Assembly (NCBI GenBank): GCA_951406725.2
Contig: OX597815.1
Coordinates: 54,002,001-54,066,000 of the forward strand
From: Octopus vulgaris
Lineage: Eukaryota
Direction of reading: 5' to 3'
DNA length: 64,000 nt
A program made the position numbers and the translations under genes. Positions 1 to 12,764 of the stretch are shown here, piece after piece. Position 1 is the first letter of the stretch. Every line of letters begins with the position of its first letter. The notes beneath the pieces were generated by a model that was given only the letters and a program-made list of their open reading frames with translations, did no database searches and was not told the origin of the DNA.

Positions 1-800
1 ATTTATATTAAAATCTACATATATATATCAACATACACAAAAGGATGCGCGTAAACGCCATACATACATATACAGACGTATGAATATAAATCTAAATATA
101 CACATAAAAGCATGTGTACATATATTCACGCAAACCGTCTCGCACGCAAGCTAAAATTCATCTATGTAGCAATTCTCATATACTGAGCAAGGAGGGGGAA
201 CGAAAGAAAGGGAGAGAGAAAAAAGGAACGAAGGAGGGGTGGGGAAAAAAACGAAATAAGAAAAAAATTATGTATACAAGCAGTGTAACGGTGTTATTGG
301 CATCTATAGAGACCAGTATACATACACAAGTTTGAATGGATACATATACATACCGTCGTGTATATGTGTGCTTAAGCACAAACATACTTTCACTTACACA
401 TACACAGATACGCATGCTTACAAATACATATGCTTTGCTATACACATACTTATATAAACATTCTAATTTTGACAACATTGCTTTTTTTAAAAAAACATTG
501 CTTTTAAAAATGGGTGCATTAATAAAAATATATACGAAAGACATATAAAATAAAATATAACATCCTATTTTGGGTCATTTATAAATAATCAAGGTAATAT
601 AAATAATCAAGGTAATCCTATGCAATACAATAACATGAAAACAAAGTTTGTAGGTTTTTCCTAATATATATGTAGAAACATAAGACTTTGCTATACGGAT
701 TAAGATCCGCATAGCTTGGAAACAAAAACAAAATCAAAATCCATCGTAGCGCTCAAGAGTCAAAATCAAAATCAAAAATCAAAAATACAAAATATATACT

Positions 801-2273
801 CTATCCATATGGTATATTTATATTCGACATTTTAAATTTAGCCGCGTGCCTACATAAGTTCATTAGCTCACTTCTTTGATTCAAAGAATTATTGTCTTTG
901 AATAAGATGTACATTTTTTCTAATAGACAAAGTCTGCACTTGAAATTATTTTTGTAAGCTCCATGCCTGTATGGTGCCGCCCTGTCCAGAATGCTCCATG
1001 TCACGTTGAAAGGTGGGGCCTCCTTTTCTTTTAGTTCCCAGACATATTTTGCTAGGCTGGTTTTCTTCCTATTCTCTGGGTATTTAAATGAATTTTTATG
1101 AGAATAAAATCTTGTTTTAAATGAATTTTCTGAAGCCCCTGTGTATGTCTTGTATTCCGATGAGCCTTCCACTTGCACCTTGGCTCTATAAACTACTCCT
1201 TTCCCTAGACATTTCCCTTCTAACGGACAGGAGCTTTCGTTTTTGAAATTACATTTCTTAATGGGCTCGGCACCATGTCTAATCTCAATTAGATTCCTAT
1301 TATGTTGGCTAATGTAAGAGGCGAAATTTCTGCAACAAGAATAGCTAACCTTCAGGGTTCTTCTATTAAATATTCTGTAGAATTTATGACCCTGCTTAAA
1401 ATGCTTAGAGACTAATCTCAAAAATTCCTTACCTATATTAGTCTTTACGGCCAAATTGAAAGCCGGGTTGAACCACAAAACTTTCCTGGTCCTAGTTCTT
1501 CGTGCAGCATTATTATCAGCATTAAGCTGGTTGAACTGGATCTTCTCAGAGAATCCACTATTCTTTAATGCGCTATCGTAATAAGGTGCAGCATTATGGA
1601 ATGCTGCCTCGTCAGAAGAAATTGAAGATATTATTCTACCTACATTGCTGACTAAGTTCCTAAGGATAACTGGTGGATGGTTCGAATCTTTGCTAATATA
1701 CGATAGCTTTTCATTGGGCTTACGGAAAGGTTTAAATCTATCCGATCTTACATTAAAATTTACGTCTAAAAAATCTACACTATTCAGGTTAGCATCTATC
1801 GTAACCCGTAAGCCCATCCTTTGAAAGAAAGCTATAAGGTCCTTCCTAAGTCTATCTGATTCATGGCCGTTTAGATTATGCGTGGCTATAAGGCCGTCAT
1901 CCCTATATAAACCTGCATCTATAAATGGGAATTCTATTTTTAGATTATGGAGAATAAAGGCTCCTATGAGCATACATAATTCAGCCCCGTCGTGTGCCCC
2001 CATCGGTACATCGAAAAGAGAATCCTCAGTCTTCTTAATCCAGGTGGAATCCTCGAAAAAAAGAAGCGATTTCCTCGCATGCATAATAATTTCAATTTCC
2101 GAGCTATCGATGTTGACATACTGCTTGGCGAAGTCCAATGCCCTTAGGAGCAACGTCCTATATATTGACGGGTAAAAGTCAATAATGTCGAATTGTGTGA
2201 AACTACAATTATTCTTATAGCTAATACCTTTAAACCACTCTATAACTGACTTACTATTCTTCCAAATTCTCAA
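801..2273 (-). CDS. Penelope-like element (Naiad-like) RT + GIY-YIG endonuclease, 5'-truncated but frame intact
   Basis: RT motifs FDIIDFYPSI, FDVPMGAHDGAE, GLYRDDGL, FLDV. Linker CN.K..SCPLEGKC. GIY-YIG GVVY...YTGASENSFKTRFYSH. C-terminal CRLCLLEK...LNQRSEL..LCRH. The 5' break abuts (TA)n at ~2297. Confidence 0.9.
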   Translation of the reverse strand: MRIWKNSKSVIEWFKGISYKNNCSFTQFDIIDFYPSIYRTLLLRALDFAKQYVNIDSSEIEIIMHARKSLLFFEDSTWIKKTEDSLFDVPMGAHDGAELCMLIGAFILHNLKIEFPFIDAGLYRDDGLIATHNLNGHESDRLRKDLIAFFQRMGLRVTIDANLNSVDFLDVNFNVRSDRFKPFRKPNEKLSYISKDSNHPPVILRNLVSNVGRIISSISSDEAAFHNAAPYYDSALKNSGFSEKIQFNQLNADNNAARRTRTRKVLWFNPAFNLAVKTNIGKEFLRLVSKHFKQGHKFYRIFNRRTLKVSYSCCRNFASYISQHNRNLIEIRHGAEPIKKCNFKNESSCPLEGKCLGKGVVYRAKVQVEGSSEYKTYTGASENSFKTRFYSHKNSFKYPENRKKTSLAKYVWELKEKEAPPFNVTWSILDRAAPYRHGAYKNNFKCRLCLLEKMYILFKDNNSLNQRSELMNLCRHAAKFKMSNINIPYG

Positions 2274-2293
2274 GTCTACTTCACTATCTAACT

Positions 2294-2296
<3 letters not shown>

Positions 2297-2331
<35 letters not shown>

Positions 2332-2395
2332 TAAATATAAATACATATGTATATATATATATATGTGTATGTATATATGTATATATATATATGTG

Positions 2396-2481
<86 letters not shown>
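2297..2481. repeat. (TA)n/(TG)n compound microsatellite
   Basis: Directly visible. Confidence 0.95.
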
Positions 2482-2483
<2 letters not shown>

Positions 2484-2833
2484 TCATTTCGGGCGTTGTT
2501 AATGACAGCCATTCCCTAGTCACATGCGTAGATGGGAACCGTCTTTTCCAATATACTTGAAGCCGTGAATAACACTTTCGAGATTGCGCCAAACTTGCAG
2601 ACCAGAATAAAATTTCAGTGTACGCAATTGAAAATATGTTATATTTAATGCATGTATCTTGTTGAAAAGCATGATGTAGTTATTGTCTAAGAGTAAATCG
2701 CTTCATTGATATTGTTATAATCAGTGCCTTTATCGCAACTTATTACGAGGATGATGTTAATCTCCCTCTAGTTTACAATAATACATTTTCATATATGCAT
2801 ATGTACACACACACACACACACATATATATAGG

Positions 2834-3220
2834 TGCAGGAGTGGCCGTGTGGTAAGTAACTTGCTTGCCAACCACATGGTTCTGGGTTCAGTCCTACTTC
2901 GTGACACCTTGGGCAAGTGTATTCTACTATAGCCTGGGGCCGACCAATACCTTGAGTGGATTTGGTGCACGGAAACTAAAATAAGCCCGTCGTATATGTA
3001 TATATTTATATATGTATGTGTGTGGGTCTGTGTTTTTCCCCCACAACATCCCTTGACAACCGATGCAGGTGTGTTTACGTCCCCGTAAATTAGCGGTTCG
3101 TAAAAGATCCCGAGAGAATAAGTACTAGGCTTACAAAGAATAAGTCCTGGGGTCGATTTTCTCCACTAAAGGCGGTGCACCAGTATGGCCACAATCAAAT
3201 GACTGAAGCAAGTAAAAGAA
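2834..3220 (+). mobile_element. tRNA-derived SINE with internal TA/TG tract (octopus OK-like family)
   Basis: A-box-like GTGGCCGTGTGG and B-box-like GGTTCAGTCC. Body and tail (...gactgaagcaagtaaaagaata) recur at 20855, 32530 and 60025. Confidence 0.8.
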
Positions 3221-3261
3221 TATATATATATATCCGTTAGATATATATATATATTCTTTAA

Positions 3262-3860
3262 ACATTGGCCGTGGCCATGTGATCTGTTAAGTCATTTTAA
3301 AGTCAAGTCTTGAGGTATCATGAGCCATCTACTTAGGGAGTTGTTATTGACTGAGATATATCCAGGTATAAGGTACTTATCTCGTATCCCTTGAAGATAT
3401 TTGTCCAGGTATCGTTTGAAGATAATGGTATCATTTTTTTTCTTTAATTTTTGTGGAATAATATCCAATAAACCAGGATCAGTTGAGGAAATCAAAGTAT
3501 TTATGTTGTGAGCCTGAATTATATGTAGGGTGTATGGGGCGTGATCCCAATCTAGGAGGAATTCTCAATTTGATGTTAAAGTCGTTAGGGCCATGCTCGT
3601 TGTATAATCCCCACATTGTGAAAATGATGTAGTGCTCATGGCGATGGCGTGGAAAATAATGCTTCAATATTTAAAGGGGTCACAATAATCAAGATGCCAT
3701 GCCTTTATTTATTTAGTTAGTGATTTCTCTGTAAGGTGACTCAATTCTCGTAATGCTTTATTTGGTATTGGAAGGCTACAGGCAGTAGTAGTAATCTAGG
3801 TGTGGCCGTACAAAGGAGGAGAAAAGCGGGACCAGGAAGTTCTGAATATCTAAGAGTTCA
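3262..3860 (-). mobile_element. Decayed CR1-group LINE 3' fragment
   Basis: Minus strand encodes LFSSFVRPHLDYY (~3790-3825) and FKRYLDKYL, typical of the CR1-type RT C-terminus. Confidence 0.6.
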
Positions 3861-4130
3861 GTTTGCGAACCATTTCGACGTTATTATTCATAGAAATGTT
3901 GTCTTCTATTTTTATTTATATAAAGTATTTCTGATTAAGTTTCTGACAAAGATACAGAACTTTGGAATGTAGATAACAAAAAGGAATTCACATTCTGAAC
4001 TTAAGAAAAGTATTGCGTTTTTAACACATGTCAATCCAGATATATTCTCCTAGATAAAAGCCACACCAATGCATCTTTCATAAGTGTATTGTGGATAAGC
4101 ATGACACATAGCCAATTCTCTCTCTCTCTC

Positions 4131-4187
<57 letters not shown>

Positions 4188-4189
4188 CT

Positions 4190-4612
4190 ATATAAACAAG
4201 AGTGCATTTTGCCCCCAAAAGCCAATATAAGAGTTTCTCTCATGGTAGCTACTGCAGTATAGTTTGTTCAAACAGAACCTCCACAATTAAGTGGGGATAA
4301 ATATTACCTCTCGATATTAATAATGCCTCTGTCGCTAATATTTACTTTTAACAAGCTCACTTGCTAATCGCGCTACCAGCGTCTGTTCTGGCATCGTTAA
4401 TCTAAATACTTCTGGCGAGAAGATGAATCGCTGCTGACTCTTGCAGTCGAACGTCCATCATTAACAAGACCAAAGAATCATGTGTTCTGGTGGTCTCGAC
4501 ACTGGAGGTGGCAGAGATGTATCTCCCTGTTAACGATATAAACAAGAGTATAATTTCCACTAAAAGTCGAAATAAGAGTTACCCCCATGGTAGCTACCGC
4601 ATTATAGTTTGT
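4190..4612. repeat. TA-flanked unit with ~70 bp diverged terminal direct repeats
   Basis: caagag...taagagt...catggtagctac.gca.tatagtttgtt at ~4197-4268 and ~4543-4612. Confidence 0.6.
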
Positions 4613-4626
4613 TACATATATATATA

Positions 4627-4856
4627 TTAGATTAATCACATAAATGCGAAACAAGGTGGAAAAAATAGTAGTCGAATACCAGAGGTAGAGTAATATGCTT
4701 TATTAAAAAGTAGCAAAAATATCACAAAAACTGTTACTCAGAGTTTCACGTTCCTGGTCGTCGGACAGTTTTGTTTAGAACAAAACTGTCCGACGAACAG
4801 GAACGTGAAACTCTGAGTAACAGTTTTCGTGATATTTTCACTGCTTTTTAATAAAG
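4627..4856. mobile_element. Fold-back unit (arms 4698-4775 / 4779-4856) with a one-sided tail; PLE pLTR-like
   Basis: Near-perfect 78 bp palindrome between TA and TACA repeats. Each arm contains a hammerhead motif. Confidence 0.8.
4782..4827 (+). ncRNA. Minimal type-I hammerhead ribozyme (mirror copy on the minus strand at 4727-4772)
   Basis: Stem I aaaactgt/acagtttt, core CCGACGA, stem II AC-aggaac-GT, GAA, stem III ACT-ctg-AGT, cleavage triplet GUA. Confidence 0.75.
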
Positions 4857-4880
4857 TACATACATACATACATACATACA

Positions 4881-4914
<34 letters not shown>

Positions 4915-7900
4915 CATGCATGCATACACACACACACACGTAGACCATAATGTCCCTTGCCTCCTTAAATTGACATAGTGATCATCTCCTACCGATTATT
5001 TATTGTTCTCACCTCCTACTAAATTTAATAACTGCTTATGAATTATTCTTCTAATTACGGATGTAATTTCAATTAATATTTCTATCTCAGCCCATCAACA
5101 TTAGTAGTCTGCATTTAACAAAGCGCGCGTGCACACCTCTGTGTGTAGGGTACAGCTGCCAAATTTGATGTGTCGAGTTGAAAATAGCTTTTAATTAATT
5201 GAAATTGAACCCATAATGAGAAAAATATTAATTAGCGTTCGTTAAATTTAGTTATATTTAATTGATGTTCTATTAGGCTAAGACAGACAAGACAGAGAAA
5301 TGATCGGCAGGAAGTGTATGTAAATGCAAATTCAGTATAACGTGATAAATGCTAGATTTCATATAATAAGTGTCTTTTACATAATCTGCATAATTAAGTT
5401 TTCATTCTGACATAGCTTTCATGTTTAAGAGGCACAATAAGTTCCGTATGTCAAACATCATGATCAACATATTATGACAATACATTCACATATAAACATG
5501 CAAACACACACACACGCCCGCCCGCGCGCACGTACACTCACTCACAGACACACACACAAATGACATTAATACTCATCTCATGAGAGACATTAATGCTAGT
5601 GACCGCAAGCTAAAACCGTTAAGGTAAAAATAGTAGATATATAACAAGGACTCTTTTTTAAGCACCAGCTTTGCTAAAAATTGGAGTCAAAACACTCCGG
5701 AATCACAAAAATTAACATTAGATTTTCACAGGCATGACCGGAAACACTAAGTGAAACAAAGATTGCGTCTTACCTCTTCAAAATTGCAAAGAGGAATGTC
5801 AGTTAACTTGATATCATGATTTCAAATTTGGCACCAAAATATGTTTGATTATCCTCAGCCAAGTCTAATAGTAACAAACTCGTATATCACTTCAACCGAT
5901 GCCTGTTTTCTTTTAAGTGCCCAAGCCGCACTTAGAAAAATGAACTAAGCGAATACAATTTTTTTTAAAGATATATAAAGAACATTAATACACATGAGAG
6001 AAACAAATTATTTTCCATGTCTGCGCCAGTGTATATGTTATAAATTGCATAGTTGAATTATACATTTTACAATGTAATACAGATATAGGAAACTAGCTCA
6101 TCAGAATTATAAAATATCATGGTTACCTCGATTCTTCAACTCCAATATACACATACAAATAACCATCTTCAAATATTAATTACAAGTCCAATAACGAAAT
6201 ATATCCTTATAAATGAACAGTAATATTTAGAAATGTGTATATGCGCAAGCATACATGCAGTTATGTAGTTAATCTTCCCTAGTTAAACAGGAAATATCTT
6301 TAACAAGAAGAAAATTAATATTCATAATTTCAAGCAAAATTCTCAAATTAATTGCCACGGATCAATGGCTGTATGATATGCCCTGAAATTGCAACAGATT
6401 CAGTGATCTTGCATTCGTCGTAGTAGGAAGGAATAAAAACTTCAGCTGGTTTGCTCGGGTGATCTCCATTGCTTATGACTCAGGACAGAAGATGTTTATA
6501 TACATCTATCCATCCATCCATCCATCCATCCATCCGTACGTACGTACATACATACATACACACATAATGCATACATACATAAATACACACACACATACAT
6601 ACTTGCATACATATGACACAGTTTTCCAAATTCAATCTTTTAGTTACAAAAAGATTCTCCATCTGAAAGTCTTTAGGTGAACAGATTCACGGATTTGGGT
6701 GTGTGCCTCGATATTTCAGTCAGCACCAACTCAACTACATATTTACAAACACCGGGAAGTGTCTTAACTCAAAAAAGCTGTGTCTCTTTACCAGTAACCG
6801 GCTTGAACTCTTTTAAGAAGAACTTAAAATAAAACTAAAAAAAAAAAAACATACATGCAGACATGATTTCTGATTCAGCATTATTCATAGTCTAGTGTTT
6901 TGTGAATCGAGACTGTTCGCTTCATAAGTGAGTAGTCAATCAATCTAATTACGTATGTGTCCTAGAAAACTTCACATTATGTTTCCACAAATGTTATATT
7001 TGAATTACAATGAACTAAGTTATAATGAACTACCATATTCATTTCAATAGCACAAGGCGACATTTTATAATTTGTTTAAACCATTTGTCTTGGACAAAGA
7101 ATCTGCTTTGAATAAATTTTACAGTTATTCAAATGAGCTATTTGCTTTGTCTGATAGAATAGCGGTTATATATGAAGATGGCTAATGCAAAACAGTAGTA
7201 AGATTTTTGCTTGTTGACCTCTCATTCCAATTGCAACAGTAGTTTTGCAAGTTTTGCAGTTGCAAATTTTTTTTCAAAACGTTATGAATACCTCTTATTA
7301 ATTATTTTTGCAAATTTGAATTCTTTCGTATAGAGGAAAAATAAATAATATTACCTGAAGCTTAAAATTCCTTTAATAAATATATTTTTCAGAACTATCT
7401 AAATTAAATGGATAATTAATAAATAGAAAAAGCACGATCTTCAAAATAGGAGACATCATTAAAGAATATAGTTTAAAATAATTTATGGCTGAAATTTTCA
7501 GTGACATAGTTATTATATTCTTGTGTTTCTTCTCTGTTTCCCCATATTGCAGATGCGCGCACACATTATCACATACACATACATTATGGTGCTTGCATGA
7601 TTGACTGTGCACATACACAATTATATATGATGTATGGTACATAACACATGATGTTGAGATCATTAAATTTACTGTTGTCACTTATTATTTACCCTACATA
7701 TTGAATGAAGTGTTGATCGAAGTAATTGTATATTGAAATACACTTGACGTATTTCTGAGCACAAATATATTTTTCTATGTTCTATGAAAAAAATTATCTC
7801 AATATCATAACTGTATTAATATACAACTACTTTCAATGGATCTTGAAGATTTTTCTTTGCCAATTAAATCAAATATCGTATTATCAATACCACACACGCA

Positions 7901-10543
7901 CGCACACATGCATACACGCACACGCACACAGTTATGTGTGTGTGTAAACATATACTTCAATATTTTGTTATTCAGTAACTTGTCTCAGACTTTGGGCTGC
8001 AGACATGGTGAGGAACGATACTGAAGCTTCTAGTCGTCCATATGGACCCCAAAATTAAAGTTTATGTTTGGATTCTACTGGATATCTTTTCCCAAATAAT
8101 CAAGTTATCAATATCTTTATCAGTAGTCAAAACATCTCGATCTTGTGAAATAAATTTCAAATTGTATTTTTCCTGAACATACGATTAGTTAAAACTAATA
8201 TTTAATATGAGTAAACATCATATATTCTAATACTACAATGAAAACCAGTGAAATAAACACTATTAAGATACATGTGCGTGGATTCAATTATGAGGAGAAC
8301 AATAGAATATTACACAAATAACCGTTCATTGAGGTTAAATAAGATGAGTATCTCTAAAAGGATTGAAAACAGGTAGGAGGAGAACGATTTAGCAAGAAGG
8401 ATAAATGTAAGAGAAAGATTGAGAAAGGTGTTTCGAGGGATGTAGGAGCCATGAAAATGGTTCTAGACAAATGAGCGAGAGCCAATGTTGCTCATTATGT
8501 GCTGAATTATGAAATTATGTGTAAAGGATTATGTTGCAAATCTTTATTTGCAACAGTTATTTAAGGTTCAAAAGCTTGACCGGTTAGGCCTAATAGCTTG
8601 AACCGTTTGCAGTAGGTCTTAATAGAATATCGTTTTCTACGTGAATAAATTCTCTTCGTGTAACCGGTTCTGCTCTTCAAATTGCCCCACTATAAATATT
8701 ATTGTTTTAAATATTATTCATCTGGTATTTTAGTTTCACATCAATTTTATCTTACATTATATTTATATGTCTTTCACATTCTATAAATTTCTTCCTATCG
8801 ATTGAGAATTCATCGCAGATAGGCTTTTAGTATCTTTTATTTAATACTCTGAATTCATTTAAGTATGTCTGAAAAGTAATCTTTCAGAATCTGACAAGTT
8901 TCATATAAAGAATTTGATTAATCTAAACTCTAAAGAAACCATTTTCAAAGCATTCTAAATGTTCACAGCATGTCAGCAACCTACATTAGCTTAGAAGGTT
9001 GCACGGTATATATGAATCTTTACGTGTAAATGCGCGCACACACATATTATAAAATACATACTTACTTACAAGTATATATGCACGTGTGTGTTTATGCATG
9101 TATGTCAGTGCAGGCGAATTTGTCTTTGTGTATGTGTGTGTTCATGTATATTTATGGGCATTTGTGTAAAAAGACAACAATAAGGAGATAAGAATTTTGT
9201 GATAAATAGTTATGCAAAGCTAGAATGAAAAATCAGAGGTGAACACCGTTTTCACTTTCAGATTAGTAGAGAAATATAAATTCAAAAATTGCTTTAAAAA
9301 AGTCATTTCAAGGAGACTGTTAAACCGATGGAAGGTCATTTCAAGTATTTGGAATTGATCTAAAATTTAAATGAGCACAATCTCAATGCAAATAACTTTA
9401 TATTCATAAAAGAAAGCAATATCTTGAGAATAAGAAATGTAATGTAAGATGTATTGAAAAGGCAAATAAATATAATTACGGTTTTTTTTCTAGCGTTCTA
9501 TCCATTTTCCACGGACGTGAATTAAGTTTAGAAAGTGCCATTCAGAAAGATCGGCGCGAATAATGTGAATCTTAACAGATTTGACATTAAGTTATTTTTA
9601 GCACATCGGCTTTCGAATGTGCCCTACATATTTCGTACTACGTACACACCTCACTCCAAGCGTTTCCTATCTTTGACTAAATTTGATTTATTCCATACGC
9701 TATGCTGTTGGTCACAACAGCAAGATTATTTGACGATCCGGGATTGTCAACTCTATATCATCAATTTATTCATCTATATGTTCAGCTATTAGTCAGATTC
9801 ACTGTGACTTCAGTTACTCAACGTCACTATACACATAGCTCAGTCGCCCCTGAAACAAGTATGTCCTTCGAGAGAAACTTCGTTGAAAGCCACTGATCTG
9901 TGCTAATGATTACTCATGCTGTATTTCGGTCTTGGACGCTGTAGGAATGACCTGATTAATGTAGACTATTGAAGATAAGAAGATTCCTTTTCTTCACCGT
10001 TGGCATCAACAGAGAATGAACGTGAGGGCTATAAATAGGTGTGACAGCTGAAGTGTCTGAAGAAGATTGAGAGATAGATGTACTTGATGTAGCAAGAGGC
10101 AGCATCGAAGAGTAGTTCTTTTTCGAAGGATTTCGAATTACGCTTATTGATTCAGGTCTAATTAAATCAATGGAAAATAATGTTTGAGCCAGAGTTACTA
10201 GGAGTATTAATTTCTGATTTTTAGTTGAGCGGTGTGTGACATGAAGATAAGAATTTATATATAAATATACACAGCCTTTCTGATTAAAGTTTGAGTGTAG
10301 AGATTTGCGGGGCCAGCAATGAGAAATTAAGTGGTGAGAGATTGGTGTCGCGGAGCATAATTGAATGCATATTTTATGGAATATTAAAAGATTACGTGTG
10401 TATCAATGCCGTAACGATTTTCACAGATATTAAGAAAGAAGATCCAAATTTTCCATAGGACATCGTGCTTATATTAGATATACACACATAATTATTTATA
10501 CTTACAAATGCTTTCTTATAAATAATAAGCGGTAATAAGCAAA

Positions 10544-10578
<35 letters not shown>

Positions 10579-10595
10579 GTACATACATATATATA

Positions 10596-10661
<66 letters not shown>

Positions 10662-10667
10662 TACATA

Positions 10668-10707
<40 letters not shown>

Positions 10708-10742
10708 CATGTATATATATATATATATACATACATACATGC

Positions 10743-10792
<50 letters not shown>

Positions 10793-10797
<5 letters not shown>

Positions 10798-10979
10798 TGC
10801 AGCGTAGAAGGTGTTTATAAGCCATTTAAGAAGCACACAAAACCGTTAGATTCACTTCAACATTTAAGTTTAATTTGAAGTGAATCTAACGGTTTTGTGT
10901 GTTTCTTAATTGGCTCATAAACACCTTCCACGCTGCAATTGTTTTCCTTCCAGCACACGATCTCAGATCAAGTCACTCG

Positions 10980-10980
<1 letters not shown>
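10793..10980. repeat. Fold-back unit (arms 10793-10860 / 10875-10942) plus 38 bp tail, (TA)n on both sides
   Basis: 68 bp inverted arms with a few mismatches. Confidence 0.85.
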
Positions 10981-11052
<72 letters not shown>

Positions 11053-11059
11053 AGCACAT

Positions 11060-11730
11060 ACAACTCCTACATAACAATTGTATTAGTAATTACACTAAAG
11101 CTAGACTGCAAGTTTATAACGACATTCATAAAGAAGTAGTTTCATCGCCGCTAGGTTTAAATTAGTTAAAAATAAATAGAGATCCTTCCAAATAAAAAAG
11201 AGGTCTTTAAAACTATTCAGAACCATAAAAAGAACTTCCTATCTAATCCTAAATGCACACTAATTAACCCTGCAAGATCAGAAATTGGTATAATTAGTAG
11301 GAATTATTTTTTAAACCAATGCTAAAGTTAGAGGGACAACTGATTTAGTACCACAGTCCAATAGTATAGAAGTTGTTAACTGGTTTAAAGCAATTAGAAA
11401 TAAGAATTTAGCAACATTTACACAATTTGATATTGTAGATTTCTGAGCATTTATTTCTAGAAAACCGCTAGATCGAGCCCTGAGTTTCGCAAGCGATTTT
11501 ACAGAGATTAATGAACAAGAAAAATAGACCTTACTCTTCAGCGAGAACACAGAGTGGGTCGAGACAGCAGACCAGAGGGTTCTTTCTATATAAGCACATG
11601 GTCATATTATGGATCTCATTGGATTATTCCTGCTTGACACGTTAGGAAAAGCTTTTCCTGGTGTATATTTCGCTATTTATAGGGATGATACTCTAGATCA
11701 AGCTAAGAATACCAACGGAGCAGCGCAAGA
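11060..11730 (+). pseudogene. Decayed Naiad-like PLE RT fragment
   Basis: KCTLINPARSEIGIIS, WFKAIRNKNLATFTQFDIVDF*, FAIYRDD. Homologous to 801-2273. Confidence 0.75.
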
Positions 11731-12185
11731 TCGGTTAAGAAACTCAGTTAAATATGTGCCCATATTGCAGAAGGGACTCCTTCCAAACTTCTCAAGTGGT
11801 CAAATGATGTCTCTTTATTTAAAAGGACACAAAATTGGTTGGAAGATAATCCCATTAAAAAGCTTCCATAGCCAAGCCAGTCGCCAGATATGAACTCTAT
11901 TGAACACTTCTGGGATATTATGGATAGGACACTTCATATAAAGAATCAGAAAGCATCCCCAAACCTAAATGTTTTGAGATTACTGCACGAAACTTGGCAG
12001 GAAATTCCTCAAGAGAACAATTATCTGATCAGTAACATTGAAAAATGCCAAGGTGATATCTATTAAATATTAGATATTCACATTACAATAATTAACAAAT
12101 AATTTGAATATTTAATTTCAGATGTAAATAATTTTAACAATTATAAGGGTGCTTACAGGGTGTGTATTTACTTCTGTCATATCTG
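11730..12185 (+). mobile_element. Tc1-family transposase 3' fragment
   Basis: PSQSPDMNSIEHFWDIMDR motif at ~11870-11930. Confidence 0.65.
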
Positions 12186-12259
12186 TGTATATGTGTGTGT
12201 GTATCGATGTATATGTATGTAAGTGCGTGTGAACATGTGTGTAATCAATATATATATAT

Positions 12260-12552
<293 letters not shown>

Positions 12553-12639
12553 ATGTATATACATGTACACACATACACGCACATACGCACACACACGCAT
12601 ATATATATATATGTATATATATATATGTATGTATGTATG

Positions 12640-12701
<62 letters not shown>

Positions 12702-12764
12702 TATGTATATACATATACATACGCACATACATCCGCATACGTACCCATATGCTGCGCATATGTG

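Noticed and set aside
581-618. 18 bp direct repeat (ataaataatcaaggtaat x2) as a PLE TSD
   Set aside because: The two copies are adjacent and do not flank the element. It is a simple tandem duplication.
8300-10460. Possible ancient TE or exon remnants in unique-looking DNA
   Set aside because: No convincing motif, open frame or splice pair was found.
11440-11450. In-frame TGA in a Naiad-like RT as possible selenocysteine
   Set aside because: It falls at the Tyr of DFYPS rather than a Cys, in a heavily decayed copy. No SECIS was recognised, and the intact 801-2273 ORF has no internal TGA.
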